A stretch of 64,000 nt of DNA from Cetorhinus maximus. Taxonomy: Eukaryota. Numbering within the stretch: the stretch's first letter is position 1; each line of letters starts with the position of its first letter. Shown piece by piece: positions 13,662 to 25,544 of the stretch. The stretch covers positions 15,128,001 to 15,192,000 of the forward strand of contig NC_135882.1 in assembly GCF_964194155.1 (NCBI RefSeq), written 5' to 3'. Made by a program: the position numbers and the translations under genes. The notes beneath the pieces are model-generated. The model saw nothing but the letters and a program-made list of their open reading frames with translations. It did no database searches and was not told the origin of the DNA.

Positions 13662-14347
13662 GGGCATAAATTACCACCCCACCCCCGCTCCCCCCCACCC
13701 CCCCCTCCCCATTGGGGGGGTTATATGGGGGTGGGCGCAAACCCGATCAGGCTCCGCTGCCATTTTACGTGGGCGGGCCAATTAAGGCCCGCCCAGTGTG
13801 ATGCGTGCGCCTGGAAGCGCTGACCGCTCCCTGTGCGGGTGGGGAGGGATTCCCTAAGTCGGGGCCTGCGCGTGAAAGAGCGCAGGAACCTCCGAGGCTC
13901 GGAGATTATTTAAATTTTCAAACCTTAAACTAAAGAAAGGGAAATGTTTTAAGACATGTTCCCTCATGTGACAGTGTCACATGAGCTAGGACACGTTCAT
14001 GAATTTTGATTAAAAATTTTATTTAATTAATGAAACCTTCAATAAACCTCATCCCGCCCGTGGATGAGGCTCCATGAAAAATGTGCAGGCCGCCTGGGCT
14101 CTTCGCTTGTCCGCCAACCTTAAGGTTGGACGGGCAGCCCTGTTAATTGTTTTAATGACTATTTAAATGGCCTTAATAGGCTCTTGAAAGTTCGGCAGCT
14201 ACGCAGCTGCCTTGGCTGCGCGCCCGCCGAACTGAAAATCTAAATGACCTGCAGTGATGTCCGGACGCCCGCCTGACATCACCGCGCGTCATTTTACCCG
14301 GTGGCGAGCAGGCCCCACCCCTACTCGCTAACCTGAAAATTCTTCCC
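13662..14347 (-). mobile_element. Harbinger-type MITE, copy 2 (reverse orientation)
   Basis: Reverse complement of the MITE body. Ends gggcataaatt / aaaattcttccc; flanks atg/gtg. Confidence 0.8.
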
Positions 14348-14349
14348 GT

Positions 14350-14700
14350 GGGTTTTGTTGACATTTTCCACTTGTCCACTTATTTAAAAGTTGGACAACA
14401 AATTGATAAAGCGCGAAAAGGGAAATGGGGACCTAGTTTCATAAGTAGAAGCATAAAGCATAAAAATAAAGAAATAATGCTAAACAAATCATTGGTTAGG
14501 TTGCAGTTAGAATATCACATTCATTCTTAGGCTTATTACTATAGGATGGATGCCATGGGCTCAGAGAACAATGCGGAAGAGATTTATCGTAGGTTTTAGT
14601 TGTGATGCCAAAATTGCTCTTTTCAAAATCACAAAATAAGAAGATACCTTTTTATAGAAGTATTTAAAATTCTGAGAGAATTTGATAGTCATTTGGGAAC
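14350..14700 (+). mobile_element. Highly degraded CR1 RT C-terminal fragment
   Basis: Peptide FISRSIKHKNKEIMLNKSLVRLQLEY resembles the CR1 motif I.R.IEYK...L.LYK.LVRP.LEY. Confidence 0.6.
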
Positions 14701-16123
14701 CATGGGGTGAGTTGGAGCTTACCAAAATAGATTGGTCAGATATTAAAATTTTAAATATCTGAACCCACCCAATTTCCAGGTTTTATGGCGGTGGAACAAG
14801 AAGCAGGCAGCCAATCCATTCCCAGCGGGTGAGTTGTCTATTTAAATATTTTATATGGCCTGCTTTGCAGGTTTCATTGGAAGGAATATAGGTTTCCCAG
14901 GCCTCAGGGAAACCTGAAAGCTCATGTGAGGCAAGGACAGCTTCAGGGGGAGGAAGTAAATGCTTTTACAGTACTGCTTGTGGGTCAGGAGGAACAGGAG
15001 TGCTTCCTTCCCAGCTCACCAAGCACTTTCCCGCAGCCTCCCATCCAATTTCTCCCCCCCTACCCCCCCCCCCTCCCCCATGCAAAGGTCCCCACTGTCA
15101 AGTATTGGAACCGTCACGCACCCCTCACCCAGGATCTAGAATTGCACTTGGTCCCTAGATTGGACCTATCACTGGATCGGAAATAGATTTCCCTGTTGAG
15201 ATCACAACATCCCCCCACCCTGCCCCCTCCCGGCATGCCTGCATTTGTGGATCAGACCTACCTTGTCCTTTGGCCTACTCCTGGAGAACTCTGACTGGAA
15301 TTCAAAGCTATCAATCTGGCTGAATTCTGAGTGGAAAGCCTGTCAGGGCCAAAAACTCATGAAATGGAGTCAAAATTCCACAGGGGTAACTAGGACTTGG
15401 TTTCCCATCTGAAACACCGCACTTCCCGGCTATAGAACACAACCCTCTTAATATCCAGGCCTCCATTTCTATTGATTCATCAATTTCGGTAACTGGAAAG
15501 GAAAAATTCCAGATCATCATGAAAAGAACAAAAGGAGATGTTTGAAAATTTCTTGTTAAGTTGGCCAATATCGTACGGCGCAGGCATGATAGGCCAAGTG
15601 GCCTCCTATGCTACCAGCTTTAAAGGGGGACACTTTTGGCCTGAGTGTCAAAAGGGGACGATAGTGGTAGAGGTTCACAGCATCTGCCTAAGGTGCCAAT
15701 CAAGAGGCCTGAACCACTTTCAAGTTTGGGACTCGTTAATGTAAATAGGAGTCCCACTGCAGTTCGCTGGTTTTGGCAGGAGGTAGCTGCTTGCTGATAA
15801 GTCTCGTTGGGGGCCGGCCGGCTCCTCCTGGCCCCACCAACATATAAAAAAAAAAGCTTTTTGGAAGACAGGTCCAGTGGCCTCTTTAAGGACTGCCAGT
15901 CAGCTGCCTCATCGGGTGGAAAAAAAAGTTGGGACAGATCCGCACGCTTCACTCATTTTCCCTTTGAAAATTTCAGTGAGGCTCCACAGCAAACACTGGA
16001 CTTCAATTTGCATAGTTAACCAACCTCCAACCTCTCCCCACAACCCTACCCTGTTATGGTGAGATGGGTGGGGTTGGGCAGCACTTAAAGCTAAATAGAA
16101 AGTTGGTTCAGGCGGACAAATGC

Positions 16124-17243
16124 AATGGGTGGCAAAATGTGTGAGCACCCATTTCACATCATTGTCCATAATAAAAATGACCCTTACCCCCAACCCCAGT
16201 CGATCTTGTGTGCTGTAGTTAGTGACAGCAACAATTAACTACATCCTTTTTTTTCCTAGATATTGTAATCTACTTTCCATGAGGTCCTCACTGTGTTTTC
16301 GATTGCCTCTCGTCTGAGTTTTTTTGGGTGAGAAATGGGTTGCTTGTGGTTGAAAATGTCCTTTACTGATTTTAAGAACCCACCAAGTTACACGTTAAAT
16401 GTTTTGGGGGTGAAATTGGTCCATGCCAGCAGCAGCAGTGAAACAGGCTGGTAATAATCAGCAGCAGGTTATACACTGCAGCAGGTTTAGTGTTCCGTCG
16501 ACTTGGAAAATATTCCCAAACTTTTGAATATCAAACCAAGTAAAAGTGACAGTGAGATTAGGAAACGGGGCTTAACAAAGAGTTTGAGCTATTCTTTTGT
16601 GAACTTCAGTGGGTGATGGTGGCGTAGTGGTAATTGGACTAGTAATCCAGAGGCCCAGGCTAATGCTCTGTGGGCAAGGGTTCAAACCCCACCATGGCAG
16701 TTAGTGGAATTTGAGTTTACTTAGTAAGTTTAGTCATTTTAAAATAAAGCTAGTCTCAGTAATGGTCACAGTTATCGCCTGTGGGAAGGTAATCTGCTAT
16801 CCTAACCCGGTCCCATATCAACGTGGGTGACTCTTAACTGCCCTTTGAAATGGCCTCAAGCCACTCAGTTCAAGGGCAATTAAGGATGTGCAACAAATGC
16901 TGGCCTTGCCAGTGATGCCCACATCTCAGGAAAGAATAAATAAAATAAGCATCAGACTGGGTGAAAAATGAGCTGCTGATTAGCACTACTTGCATGAACC
17001 CCCCTTTACCATCGCAGTTAAAAATATACATCAAATTGTGCTACATAAAATTATTAATATTTGAAGATGAATTCCTGATCAATATCATGGAAAGTAGATT
17101 ACAATATCTAGGGAAAAAAAGGAAGTAGTTAATTGTTGCTGTCACTAACCACAGCACACAACATCGACTGGGGTTGGGGGTAAGGGTCATTTTTATTATG
17201 GACAATGATGTGAAATGGGTGCTCACACATTTTGCCACCCATT
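16124..17243. repeat. ~159-bp inverted repeat pair (16124-16282 / 17085-17243)
   Basis: aatgggtggcaaaatgtgtgagcaccc...ctactttccatga is the near-exact reverse complement of tcatggaaagtag...cattttgccacccatt. Confidence 0.95.
16618..16948 (+). mobile_element. tRNA-derived SINE, copy 2
   Basis: A box tggcgtagtgg, B box ggttcaaaccc, shared body, LINE-type tail caagggcaattaaggatg...gctggccttgccagtgatgcccacatc and an A-rich end. Confidence 0.85.
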
Positions 17244-17719
17244 AACTGCTGTGGATAAGAAAACCAGCTGCAATATGAAGCAGTCGCCTGATTTTATATC
17301 ACCCATTTTTCCATCATCATCTATAATTAAAATTGCCCCTACTGAGTGTGTTGTGTCAATTGTGAATAATAACATTATATCCTTTCAGCAATCGCAGTGT
17401 TGACTCTCAGTTGCTGTGTTACAATATGCTTTTTGTATAACCCATTTCAAAAGCCTTTAATTGCACCGCATCATGACAGCCACAACGGCAAGATCGCTGA
17501 TACCAAAATATTACTGTAAGGATATGTATGCTGAGTGATGTATATTTGGCCTCCGAACGGAAGCATTATTATAGTGGAAAGTATGACCGATTCTGTACAT
17601 TAACTCTATAATGGTGATATTGGCAGGGGGGATGGGAATGGTGATTAAAGTGGTCAGAGATGATCTTGTCTACCAATAAGTTGATGAGAGGAGAGAAATG
17701 ACATGGTCAAGGGAATTAT

Positions 17720-18384
17720 GGGCTGAACTTTTCACTGAGCGGGTGGGCGCGTGCCTGACCTGCCCGAGCGTAAAATGACGGGCGATGATGTTGGGTGAAC
17801 GCACTGGAGTCCTTGCGCACTCACGCCATATTTCGGTTGGCGGGCGCATTCGGGAGTCGGCAGTGCGTCTGCCGACAATTAACAGGTCCACGGGCGGGGT
17901 GAGGTTTCCAACAGGAATTAAAAATAAAATAAAAATGTTGAAATATCATTTATAGCATGACGCTGCTCATGTGACAGAGTCACATGAGGGGACATGTTTT
18001 TAACATTTGTAAAGTTCTGTACTTCTGATTTTAAAGATCTTCAGCTTCCCCCAGGCAGCTCTGTGCCTCAGGGAGCTTTCATTGCGCGTACCCCCACACA
18101 TGTGCAAACTCGCCCTCCTCCAGCCCCCATCCCGGCAGCGCTCAGTGTTGCCGCTTGTGTTTCACGCTAGCTGCCGTTAGTTGGCCGATAAAATATACGT
18201 CAAACTGTGCTACGTAAAATTATTAATGTTTGATGCTGAATTCTTGATCAATATCATGGAAAGTAGATTACAATGCCTAGAAAAAAGGGTGTAGTCAATT
18301 ATTGCTGTCACTAACCACGGTACACAACATTGGCTTCATGACTGCTCCTGGGCCCGCCCGTCCGACAAGGTAAAAATCCCACCC
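17720..18384 (+). mobile_element. Harbinger-type MITE, copy 3, with an internal foreign segment
   Basis: TIRs gggctgaacttt / aaaatcccaccc and TSD TAT (17717-17719, 18385-18387). Confidence 0.85.
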
Positions 18385-19074
18385 TATGAGTAGGAGAGCC
18401 TCTTTTTAATGGCGGGCGAGGTTGAAGGTGGACGGGAAGGCAGTGAATCCGAGGATGGAAGGGAGGATGAGCTGTGATGGAGATTGAAATCCTCAATAGC
18501 GAGGAGGGAAGAAACTTAACATACCTCAGTGACATACTCGGAGTAGGGATTGGGGTGGTGGCTAAGAATGATTTTAAAGGAGAAGAGGGAGGGAAGGAGC
18601 AAAGTGTTCAAAGGAGGAATAGGGTGCCAGAGGAATAGTGGGAGAGACCAAGGTGGGATTGGCGATAGGAATCATGCAACCAATGCATGCAAAGTAGAGT
18701 TGATTGAAATCCACACGTAGTCATATATGGTCATTTGGAATGAGAGCTCAATACTCTGCCACTGCAGAGCCCAGGACATTATTCTACATCAGCACAATTC
18801 AATGTCCTTGTCTAGGAGAACAATTGAATCAAACTGGCATAAACTGATGTCTCTACATACAGCAAATGATGGTTACATAATAAGACGATTAAGATTTGAA
18901 ATGCATCCAGAATGTTAAACTTCAAAGTCATATCACACTAACACATACACAAGGTAATGATTACAGTTACTGCGCAACACATCAGTGCTTACAAACCTGA
19001 AATGTTAGAGGGCAAATCATATTTGCACTAGTAAGGTACAGACTAAAGGAAAGAACTCCCAAAATAATACATTA

Positions 19075-19412
19075 CTGGCTAAGGTGTTGTTTCCCCTTGT
19101 AGGAGAGTCTAGGACCAGTGGGCATAATGTCAGAGTAAGGGGTCACCCATTTAAAACAGAGATGAGGAGGAATTTCTTCTCTCAGAGGGTAGATAATCTG
19201 TGGAATTCTTTACCGCAGAGGGCTTAGAGGTCGTTAAGTATATTCAAGGCTGAGACTTACATTTTTAATCCGTCAGGGAGCCAAAGGTTATGGGGAGATG
19301 GCAGGAAAGTGGAGTTGAGGATTATCAGATCAGCCATGATCTCATTGAATGATGGAGCAGACTTGATGGGCTGAATGGCCTACTTCTGTTCTTCTGTTCC
19401 TATGTCTTATGG
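19075..19412 (+). mobile_element. CR1-type LINE 3' end fragment
   Basis: gagatgaggaggaatttcttctctcagagggt...gatcagccatgatctcattgaatg...gggctgaatggcctact tail. Confidence 0.8.
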
Positions 19413-19940
19413 CACAGATCTCCTCCTAGATCCTGGGAGGGTTTTGAAACTTTTTCCAAACAATGTGTGGAAAGTATAAATTGTTTCTCAAATCCTGTTT
19501 CCATTTATTCTGTGACTACTGATAACACCCCAACCTGATCTCTCACTGTCGAGACATAAAAAGAATGATTCTATTGACTTATAATGTTCTCTCACCTGGA
19601 ATGCAAAGTGGCCCATAGGAGACCAATGGTCACTAAAAAAAACAGCTATGTTCCCTTACAGTTATATTGTAAAACCCATTTGATCAGTAACTTAAGAAAA
19701 ATGGTAAACATATTTCTACATTATTTCAACTGTATGGGCACAGTAAGATAGTCAGAAATCCAGACTCAAGGTTAAACTTAGAAAATAAAGTTTCATAATT
19801 AGCCTAATTTTTCTCCTTTTGACTACTAGTTTCTTGATCAACAGTGCAACAGCTTCAGCTGAGGCTGTAAAAGCATTATGTTTTATGCTCTCAGTGGTGG
19901 ATCAGACAGTGGGGATTCCTAGCTTTTCTTCTTTATTCGT

Positions 19941-20832
19941 TGTTACAACCAGGTGAGAGGGAATGAACTGGCTCCCCTCTATTCGGCCTCCTCAGTTGTT
20001 TACAACAAAGGGTGAAGTTTCTTTATCACCAGGGTGTGCCTTTACCGAATCCAAATGCACTTAACCGTTTATGCAGTGAGCAATAAGGAACCAATCATAC
20101 AAGGCTTTCTCGAGTTAATGAACAAAAATTTATCAACCACTAAACCCGAAGAAAAATAATAAAAGCGTGATGTCACTCGCACAGGTATCAGAGATAAGGG
20201 AAATTAAGAGTCCAATAATAAAAAAATATATACAATTAAGTGTCTTTTGATTGTCCTTGAGGTGTAGATTTCTAAATGTTGCGAGTGCAGTGGATTAGCT
20301 GGTTTCTTGGATGTGGTCAGATGTCAGAGATGTTGCAATTATTACAAGATTTTGGTTTGCTGGTAAGTTTCTCATAGTTGACTTCACATACCAGGTGACA
20401 CACTCTTTTTCCAAAAGAGTGAGAGGGAAATAGCTTTTCAGCCTGTTGCCTCTGCTGAAACCTATCTTGACACTCCCTGTGTCACTTGCAATCTCCCTGC
20501 AGTGGTTGGCAATCTGGCCTTTTATACTTCACCCATTGTGTATTTCCAAGGGTGGGTCTATCTGTGGCAGCCATTGTTTCAATATCCAGCCCTTTGCATT
20601 TTAATGTCTCTTCCTTGGACAGTGACGAGTTTTGATGGATCTTTGAATTATAGACAATGTCTTTCTCGTCACGCTCCCCTGAGGGTGTCTTGTTTGCTTT
20701 TCCAACATCATCTTGGAAAGTGGCCTTGCGTTCTTGAGCAGTTTGTTCTCTCATTTCAAATTGCAAGATTTCTAATCAGTTGCAATTTGATAAGACATAT
20801 TTTCAAAAACAAAGGGGCATAGCCTCATGACA
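19941..20832. mobile_element. Solo LTR inserted into a SINE tail
   Basis: Starts TGTTAC and ends ATGACA. Flanks tcgt / tcat fit a 4-bp TSD with CpG decay. Removing it restores tttattcgttcatgggatg, the SINE/LINE tail seen at 48446. Confidence 0.7.
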
Positions 20833-21281
20833 TCATTCATGGGATGAGCATGTTACTGGCAAGACCAGATTTATTGCCCACCACTAATTGTCCTTGAGAA
20901 GGTGGTGGTGAGCCACCTCTTGAACTGCTGCAGTCCATGTGGTATAGGTACACCCACAGTGCTGTTAGACTTTTGCGTACAAGCTTTGATCTAACTGAAC
21001 AGCTTGCTATGCCATTTCAAGCACAGTTAAAGAGTCAACGGATATGTCATGGGTAGGCCAGACAGGGTAAGGATAGCAGGTTTCCTTCTTTGAAAAACAT
21101 TACTGAACTAAATGAGTTTTTTTTAATGACAGTCCAGTAGTTTCACAGTCACTATTGGTGATGCTAGCTTTTAAATTATACATTTATTTAAATTCCTCAA
21201 CTATCATGGTGGGATTTGAGCTCCTGAGCATTAGTGCAAGTCTCTTGATTACTAGCTGAGTAACATAACCACCATGCTACT
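20833..21281 (-). mobile_element. tRNA-derived SINE, copy 3
   Basis: Reverse complement of head (ggtgggatttgagctc, accaccatgctac), body, and ~140 nt of LINE tail. Confidence 0.75.
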
Positions 21282-21302
21282 GTGGCTCTTAATTAAATGA
21301 AG

Positions 21303-21612
21303 ACTAAGTTGCTAATGACTTAAACTGAGTATGCCTTCTCTGCAGTTGATTAGCCATCGGTACCAGCAGGAAACCCTCTCCCCTCCAGCCTTGCGATTGT
21401 TTTGAATTACCTGGGAGCTTGGGGAGCCTATAGTTCCCCATTGTTTTCTCCATGGCAACGCCTGATCCAATCAGATGTGACTCGCCAACCAATCAGCATC
21501 CTTTCCCCTGTAGTATAAATTGCTGTGATTGTTTGAAATTTGGCATTCTTGCGTTTGTCCTGATGAGTGCAAGATGAAAAGCTTCAGCAAAGTGGCTCTC
21601 TTTTCAGTGGTA
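21303..21612 (+). mobile_element. Penelope-type pseudo-LTR / retrozyme-like fragment with promoter motifs and a hammerhead core
   Basis: ccatggcaac, two ccaatcag, tataaat, then ttgtc-CTGATGA-gtgcaagat-GAAA-agcttc. Confidence 0.5.
21555..21590 (+). ncRNA. Minimal hammerhead ribozyme-like motif
   Basis: CUGAUGA core, short stem II, GAAA, then palindromic AAGCUU (dimer-type stem III). Stem I is partly decayed. Confidence 0.5.
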
Positions 21613-22290
21613 TTCAAAATATAATGTATTTTTGTATATGCCCAATCATGACTCATATTGACATATCACAATCACTAGCAGATCGCATGGCACTGCTTAT
21701 GTCAATCAGAGAAAAACTGCTTTATAATAGTATGATCATGATAATATTGCATGGTGTGGCGCTGACAGAAAGTACACACTCTGGACAAGACCTTTATTAT
21801 GTTACAAGATGTTTCTCCCACAAATGCCTGCACAATTCTGTGGGGCCATCTGATCTTGAGTCTTGCATGCGACTCCTTTAACATAGGCCTTTGAGCAGAG
21901 GGGAGCTCAAATTTGTCTTGACACATCTTGTATGCATGAGAGAGCGGTGCATCATAGGAGATATGTTATCTGCCCTGTTGCTATGGAATTGCTGCACTCA
22001 TTCTACAACACATAACAAACTAAGTCCTCCAATTGACAGTCGTGTGGCATGGGCAACAGGAGAAGAAACAAGAATTAAGAAAGTGTTTGTTTTATACCGA
22101 TTCTGCCATTCAATAAAAATTTGGAGCCGTCAGTGGCTGGGCTGAGGTTTCTTTGTCATGAGGAGAGATTGAGGTTTATGATGGATTTGTTCAAGTGTTG
22201 CAACCAAATTCAGTCAATAACGGAGCATGGAGATTGTTCGCTGTTCATTGGAGATTCACCAGCAGCAACAACTGTACCCCAATGTCTCGT

Positions 22291-23370
22291 GATGGGGAGG
22301 GATACTGGAGCCTGGTGGCGGTGGTGGGGAGAGGAGATTGGTGGCTTATTGGCAAGGTCATCAGGAGGGAGGCTCAATCATGGAGGCTCCTCAGGAGAGT
22401 CCCCGGGTTTAGAAGGTAGGTGTGAAGGCTCTTACCGCCAAGAATTACATATCCACCATGCGAATGATGGAAAAAAAAATCTTTTAAATGATTTACATGA
22501 CACAAATAACTTAGAAATGGTTTCCAGGTGCAATTGGAGGACATTTTTTGGGGTACATTCTTGGCTGCAACCCTTTTGCGTTTTTTTTTTGCTGTACCTG
22601 TGGTCTGGGGCCTTCCATCTGTGCACTTGATGCCTGGACTCCATCAGTGTAAAATATAATGAGAATGAATGGCTTGGAAGGGTTCAACACCCATGACTGA
22701 CGCTATCCAATGCACCAACATTAATTAATGAAAAACTAAATGTGATGGACTTGTCACCTGATATAGGCAGAATTGCTTTACTTTGGACGCTGCAGTTTGA
22801 AGAGATTATCGAAATTAAATGCTGTGGGTGGTGTCTGTTTTGAGGAGGGAGTGCAATTGTGCGGATGGTCAACTAGAGGGAAGCTATTGTGAGCAGGGGT
22901 CAGTTGGAGGAGGGTTGCCTTGGTGGGTGTGAAGCAATCAAGGACCATGGATAGGGGGGGTGGTTTAATGGAGAGCGTCTATCAGGATAGAGAGGGGGGG
23001 GTCAATCAGGTGGACTGTCAATCCTAGGCTAGGAGTGGGGGTCGGGGGGTGGGAGGTCGAGCCCTGAAGAGAAGGTCAAAGACCTCATGGTAGGAGGAGT
23101 CGGAGACCCTGGAGGGGATCAGGGACTGTGGGATGGAATCAGAGGCCTTGGAGCAGTTGGGATCAGGGCCTAGCATTGGGGGGATCAGTGTCTTGTGGTG
23201 GGGAGATCGGGGCTGGCTGGTGGGAGGGATTAGGGTCATATGGTGGGGAGGGATATTGGGGCCTGGTGGTGATGGTGGGGAGAGGAGATTGGTGGCCCAA
23301 GGTCAAGGTCATTAGAAGGGAGGCTCAGGCGAGCCCCTGGGTCTAGAAGGTAGGTGTGAAGGCTCTTACC
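22291..23370 (+). repeat. ~130-145-bp direct duplication (22291-22436 / 23242-23370)
   Basis: Both copies carry tggggagggata.tgg.gcctggtgg...ggtggggagaggagattggtggc...tagaaggtaggtgtgaaggctcttacc. Confidence 0.9.
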
Positions 23371-23559
23371 TCTTTAATCCACCAAATCCTCACCTTAAGG
23401 AAGCTGCCCAGGTTCTTTGACACTTGGGAAACCTGCCTAACAGCTGGGTAAGTTTCAAACCTGCCTGACAATAAGGCTCACCGCCTTGTTATCAGATTTA
23501 AAGTTGTGACCTCATCTCCTCTGGAGATCTTCCTTCCACAGCTTCCAACCTCATAGTCT

Positions 23560-25154
23560 CCCAACCTTGGACGGCCCGCTTCTACCTCCTACCCAAAATC
23601 CACAAACAGGACTGTCCCGGCAGATCGATTGTGTCAGCCTGTTCCTGCCCCACGGAACTCATTTCTTGCTATCTTGACTCCATTCTCTCTCCCCCTGTCC
23701 AGTCCCTTCCCACCTACATCCGTGATTCCTCTGACACCCTACATCATATCAACAATTTCCAGTTCCCTGGCCCCAACCGCCTCCTCTTCACCATGGACAT
23801 CCAATCCCTCTACACCTCCATCCCCCACCAGGATGGTCTGATAGCTCTCCATTTCTTCCTCTAACAGCGGCCCGAACAATTCCCATCCACCACTATTCTC
23901 CTCCGTCCGGCTGAACTTGTTCTCACATTGAACAATTTCTCCTTCACTCCTCTCGCTTCCTCCAAATGAAAGGTGTGGCTATGGGTACCCGCATGGGCCA
24001 CAGTTGTGCCTGTCTCTTTATGGGGTATGTGGAACATTCCTTGTTCCAGTCCTACTCTGGCCCCCTCCCACAACTCTTTCTCCGGTACATCGATGATTGC
24101 TTTGGTGCTGCTTCATGCTCTCGTCTGGACCTGGAAAAATGTATTAATTTTGCTTCCAATTTCCACCCCTCCATCATTTTCACATGGTCCATCTCTGACA
24201 CTTCCCTTCCCTTCCTTGATCTCTCTGTCTCAATTTCTGGTGATAGACTGTCCACCAATATTCATTACAAGCCTACCGACTCCCACAGCTACCTCGACTA
24301 CAGCTCCTCACACCCTGCTTCCTGTAAGGAGTCCATCCCATTCTCTCAGTTTCTTCACCTCCGCGCATCTGTTCTGATGATGCCACTTTCAAAAACAGTT
24401 CCTCTGACATGTCTTCCTTCTTCCTTAACCGAGGTTTTCCACCCACGGTGGTTGACAGGGCCCTCAACCGTGTCCGGCCCATCTCCCGCGCATCCGCCCT
24501 CACACCTTCCCCTCCCTCCCAGAACCATGATAGGGTCCCCCTTGTCCTCACTTATCACCCCACCAGCCTCTGCATTCAAAGGATCATCCTCCGCCATTTC
24601 CGCCAACTCCAGCATGATGCCACCACCAAACACATCTTCCCTTCACCCCCCCGGCGGCATTCCGCAGGGATCGTTCCCTCCGGGACACCCTGGTACACTC
24701 CTCCATCACCCCCTACACCTCAACCCCCTCCCACGGCACCTTCCCATGCAACCGCAGAAGGTGCAACACCTGCCCCTTTACTTCCCCTCCCCTCACCATC
24801 CAAGGGCCCAAACACTCCTTTCAAGTGAAGCATCATTTCACTTGCACTTCCCTCAATTTAGTCTACTGCATTCGCTGCTCCCAATGCGGTTTCCTCTACA
24901 TTGGAGAGACCAAACGCAGACTGGGTGACCGCTTTGAGGAATACCTTCGGTCTGTCCGCAAGCATGACCCAGACCTCCCTTTCGCTTGCCATTTCAACAC
25001 TCCACCCTGCTCTCATGCCCACATGTCCATCCTTGGCCTGCTGCATTGTTCCAGTGAAGCTCAATGGAAACTGGAGGAACAGCACCTCATCTTCCGACTA
25101 GGCACTTTACAGCCTTCCAGACTGAATATTGAATTCAACAATTTTAGATCATGA
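23560..25154 (+). pseudogene. Penelope RT-GIY-YIG polyprotein, frameshifted
   Basis: ORFs 23631-23864, 23966-~24370, 24409-~24650 and 24825-25154 carry consecutive domains in different frames. Confidence 0.9.
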
Positions 25155-25502
25155 ACTCTCTCCTCCATCCCCACCCCCTTTCCGATCCCCCTTTTCTCCA
25201 ATAATTTAAATTGATTTTTCTATTCCCACCTATTTCCATTATTTTTAAATGTATTTCCATTCATTGTTTTATCTTTGCCTTTTAGCCTATTTCGATCCCT
25301 TCCCCCCACCCCACCCCCACTAGGGCTATCTGTACGTTTATTATCACATTCCTTAGATAATATCACCAGCTTCAACACCTCTTTGTCCATTTGTCTGTGA
25401 CATCTTTTAGTTATCTCCACCTATCACTGGCCCTCTATCCAGCTCTACTTGTCCCACCCTCCCTTAAACCAGCTAATATTTCACCTCTTTTCTATTTTTC
25501 CT

Positions 25503-25544
25503 TAGTTCTGATGAAGAGTCATACGGACTTGAAACGTTAACTGT
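25503..25544 (+). ncRNA. Minimal type-I hammerhead ribozyme motif in the Penelope pseudo-LTR
   Basis: tagtt-CTGATGA-ag-agtc(atacg)gact-t-GAAAC-gtt-aact: core motifs, stem II hairpin, and stem I agtt/aact. Confidence 0.75.

Noticed and set aside
14700-16060. Additional old MITEs
   Set aside because: Repeat-like texture, but TIRs and TSDs could not be defined by eye. The same applies to 4320-5080, 35340-35710 and 44500-44700.
16618-16700. tRNA gene
   Set aside because: The A/B boxes continue into a SINE body and LINE tail; no intact cloverleaf. The same applies at 1564, ~21250 and 37107.
22121-22630. 169-aa novel ORF
   Set aside because: Chimera of decayed CR1-like sequence and a duplicated G-rich segment; non-ATG start.
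23966-24928. Intact 320-aa protein
   Set aside because: Only the first ~130 aa are Penelope RT; the rest is out-of-frame read-through after a frameshift.
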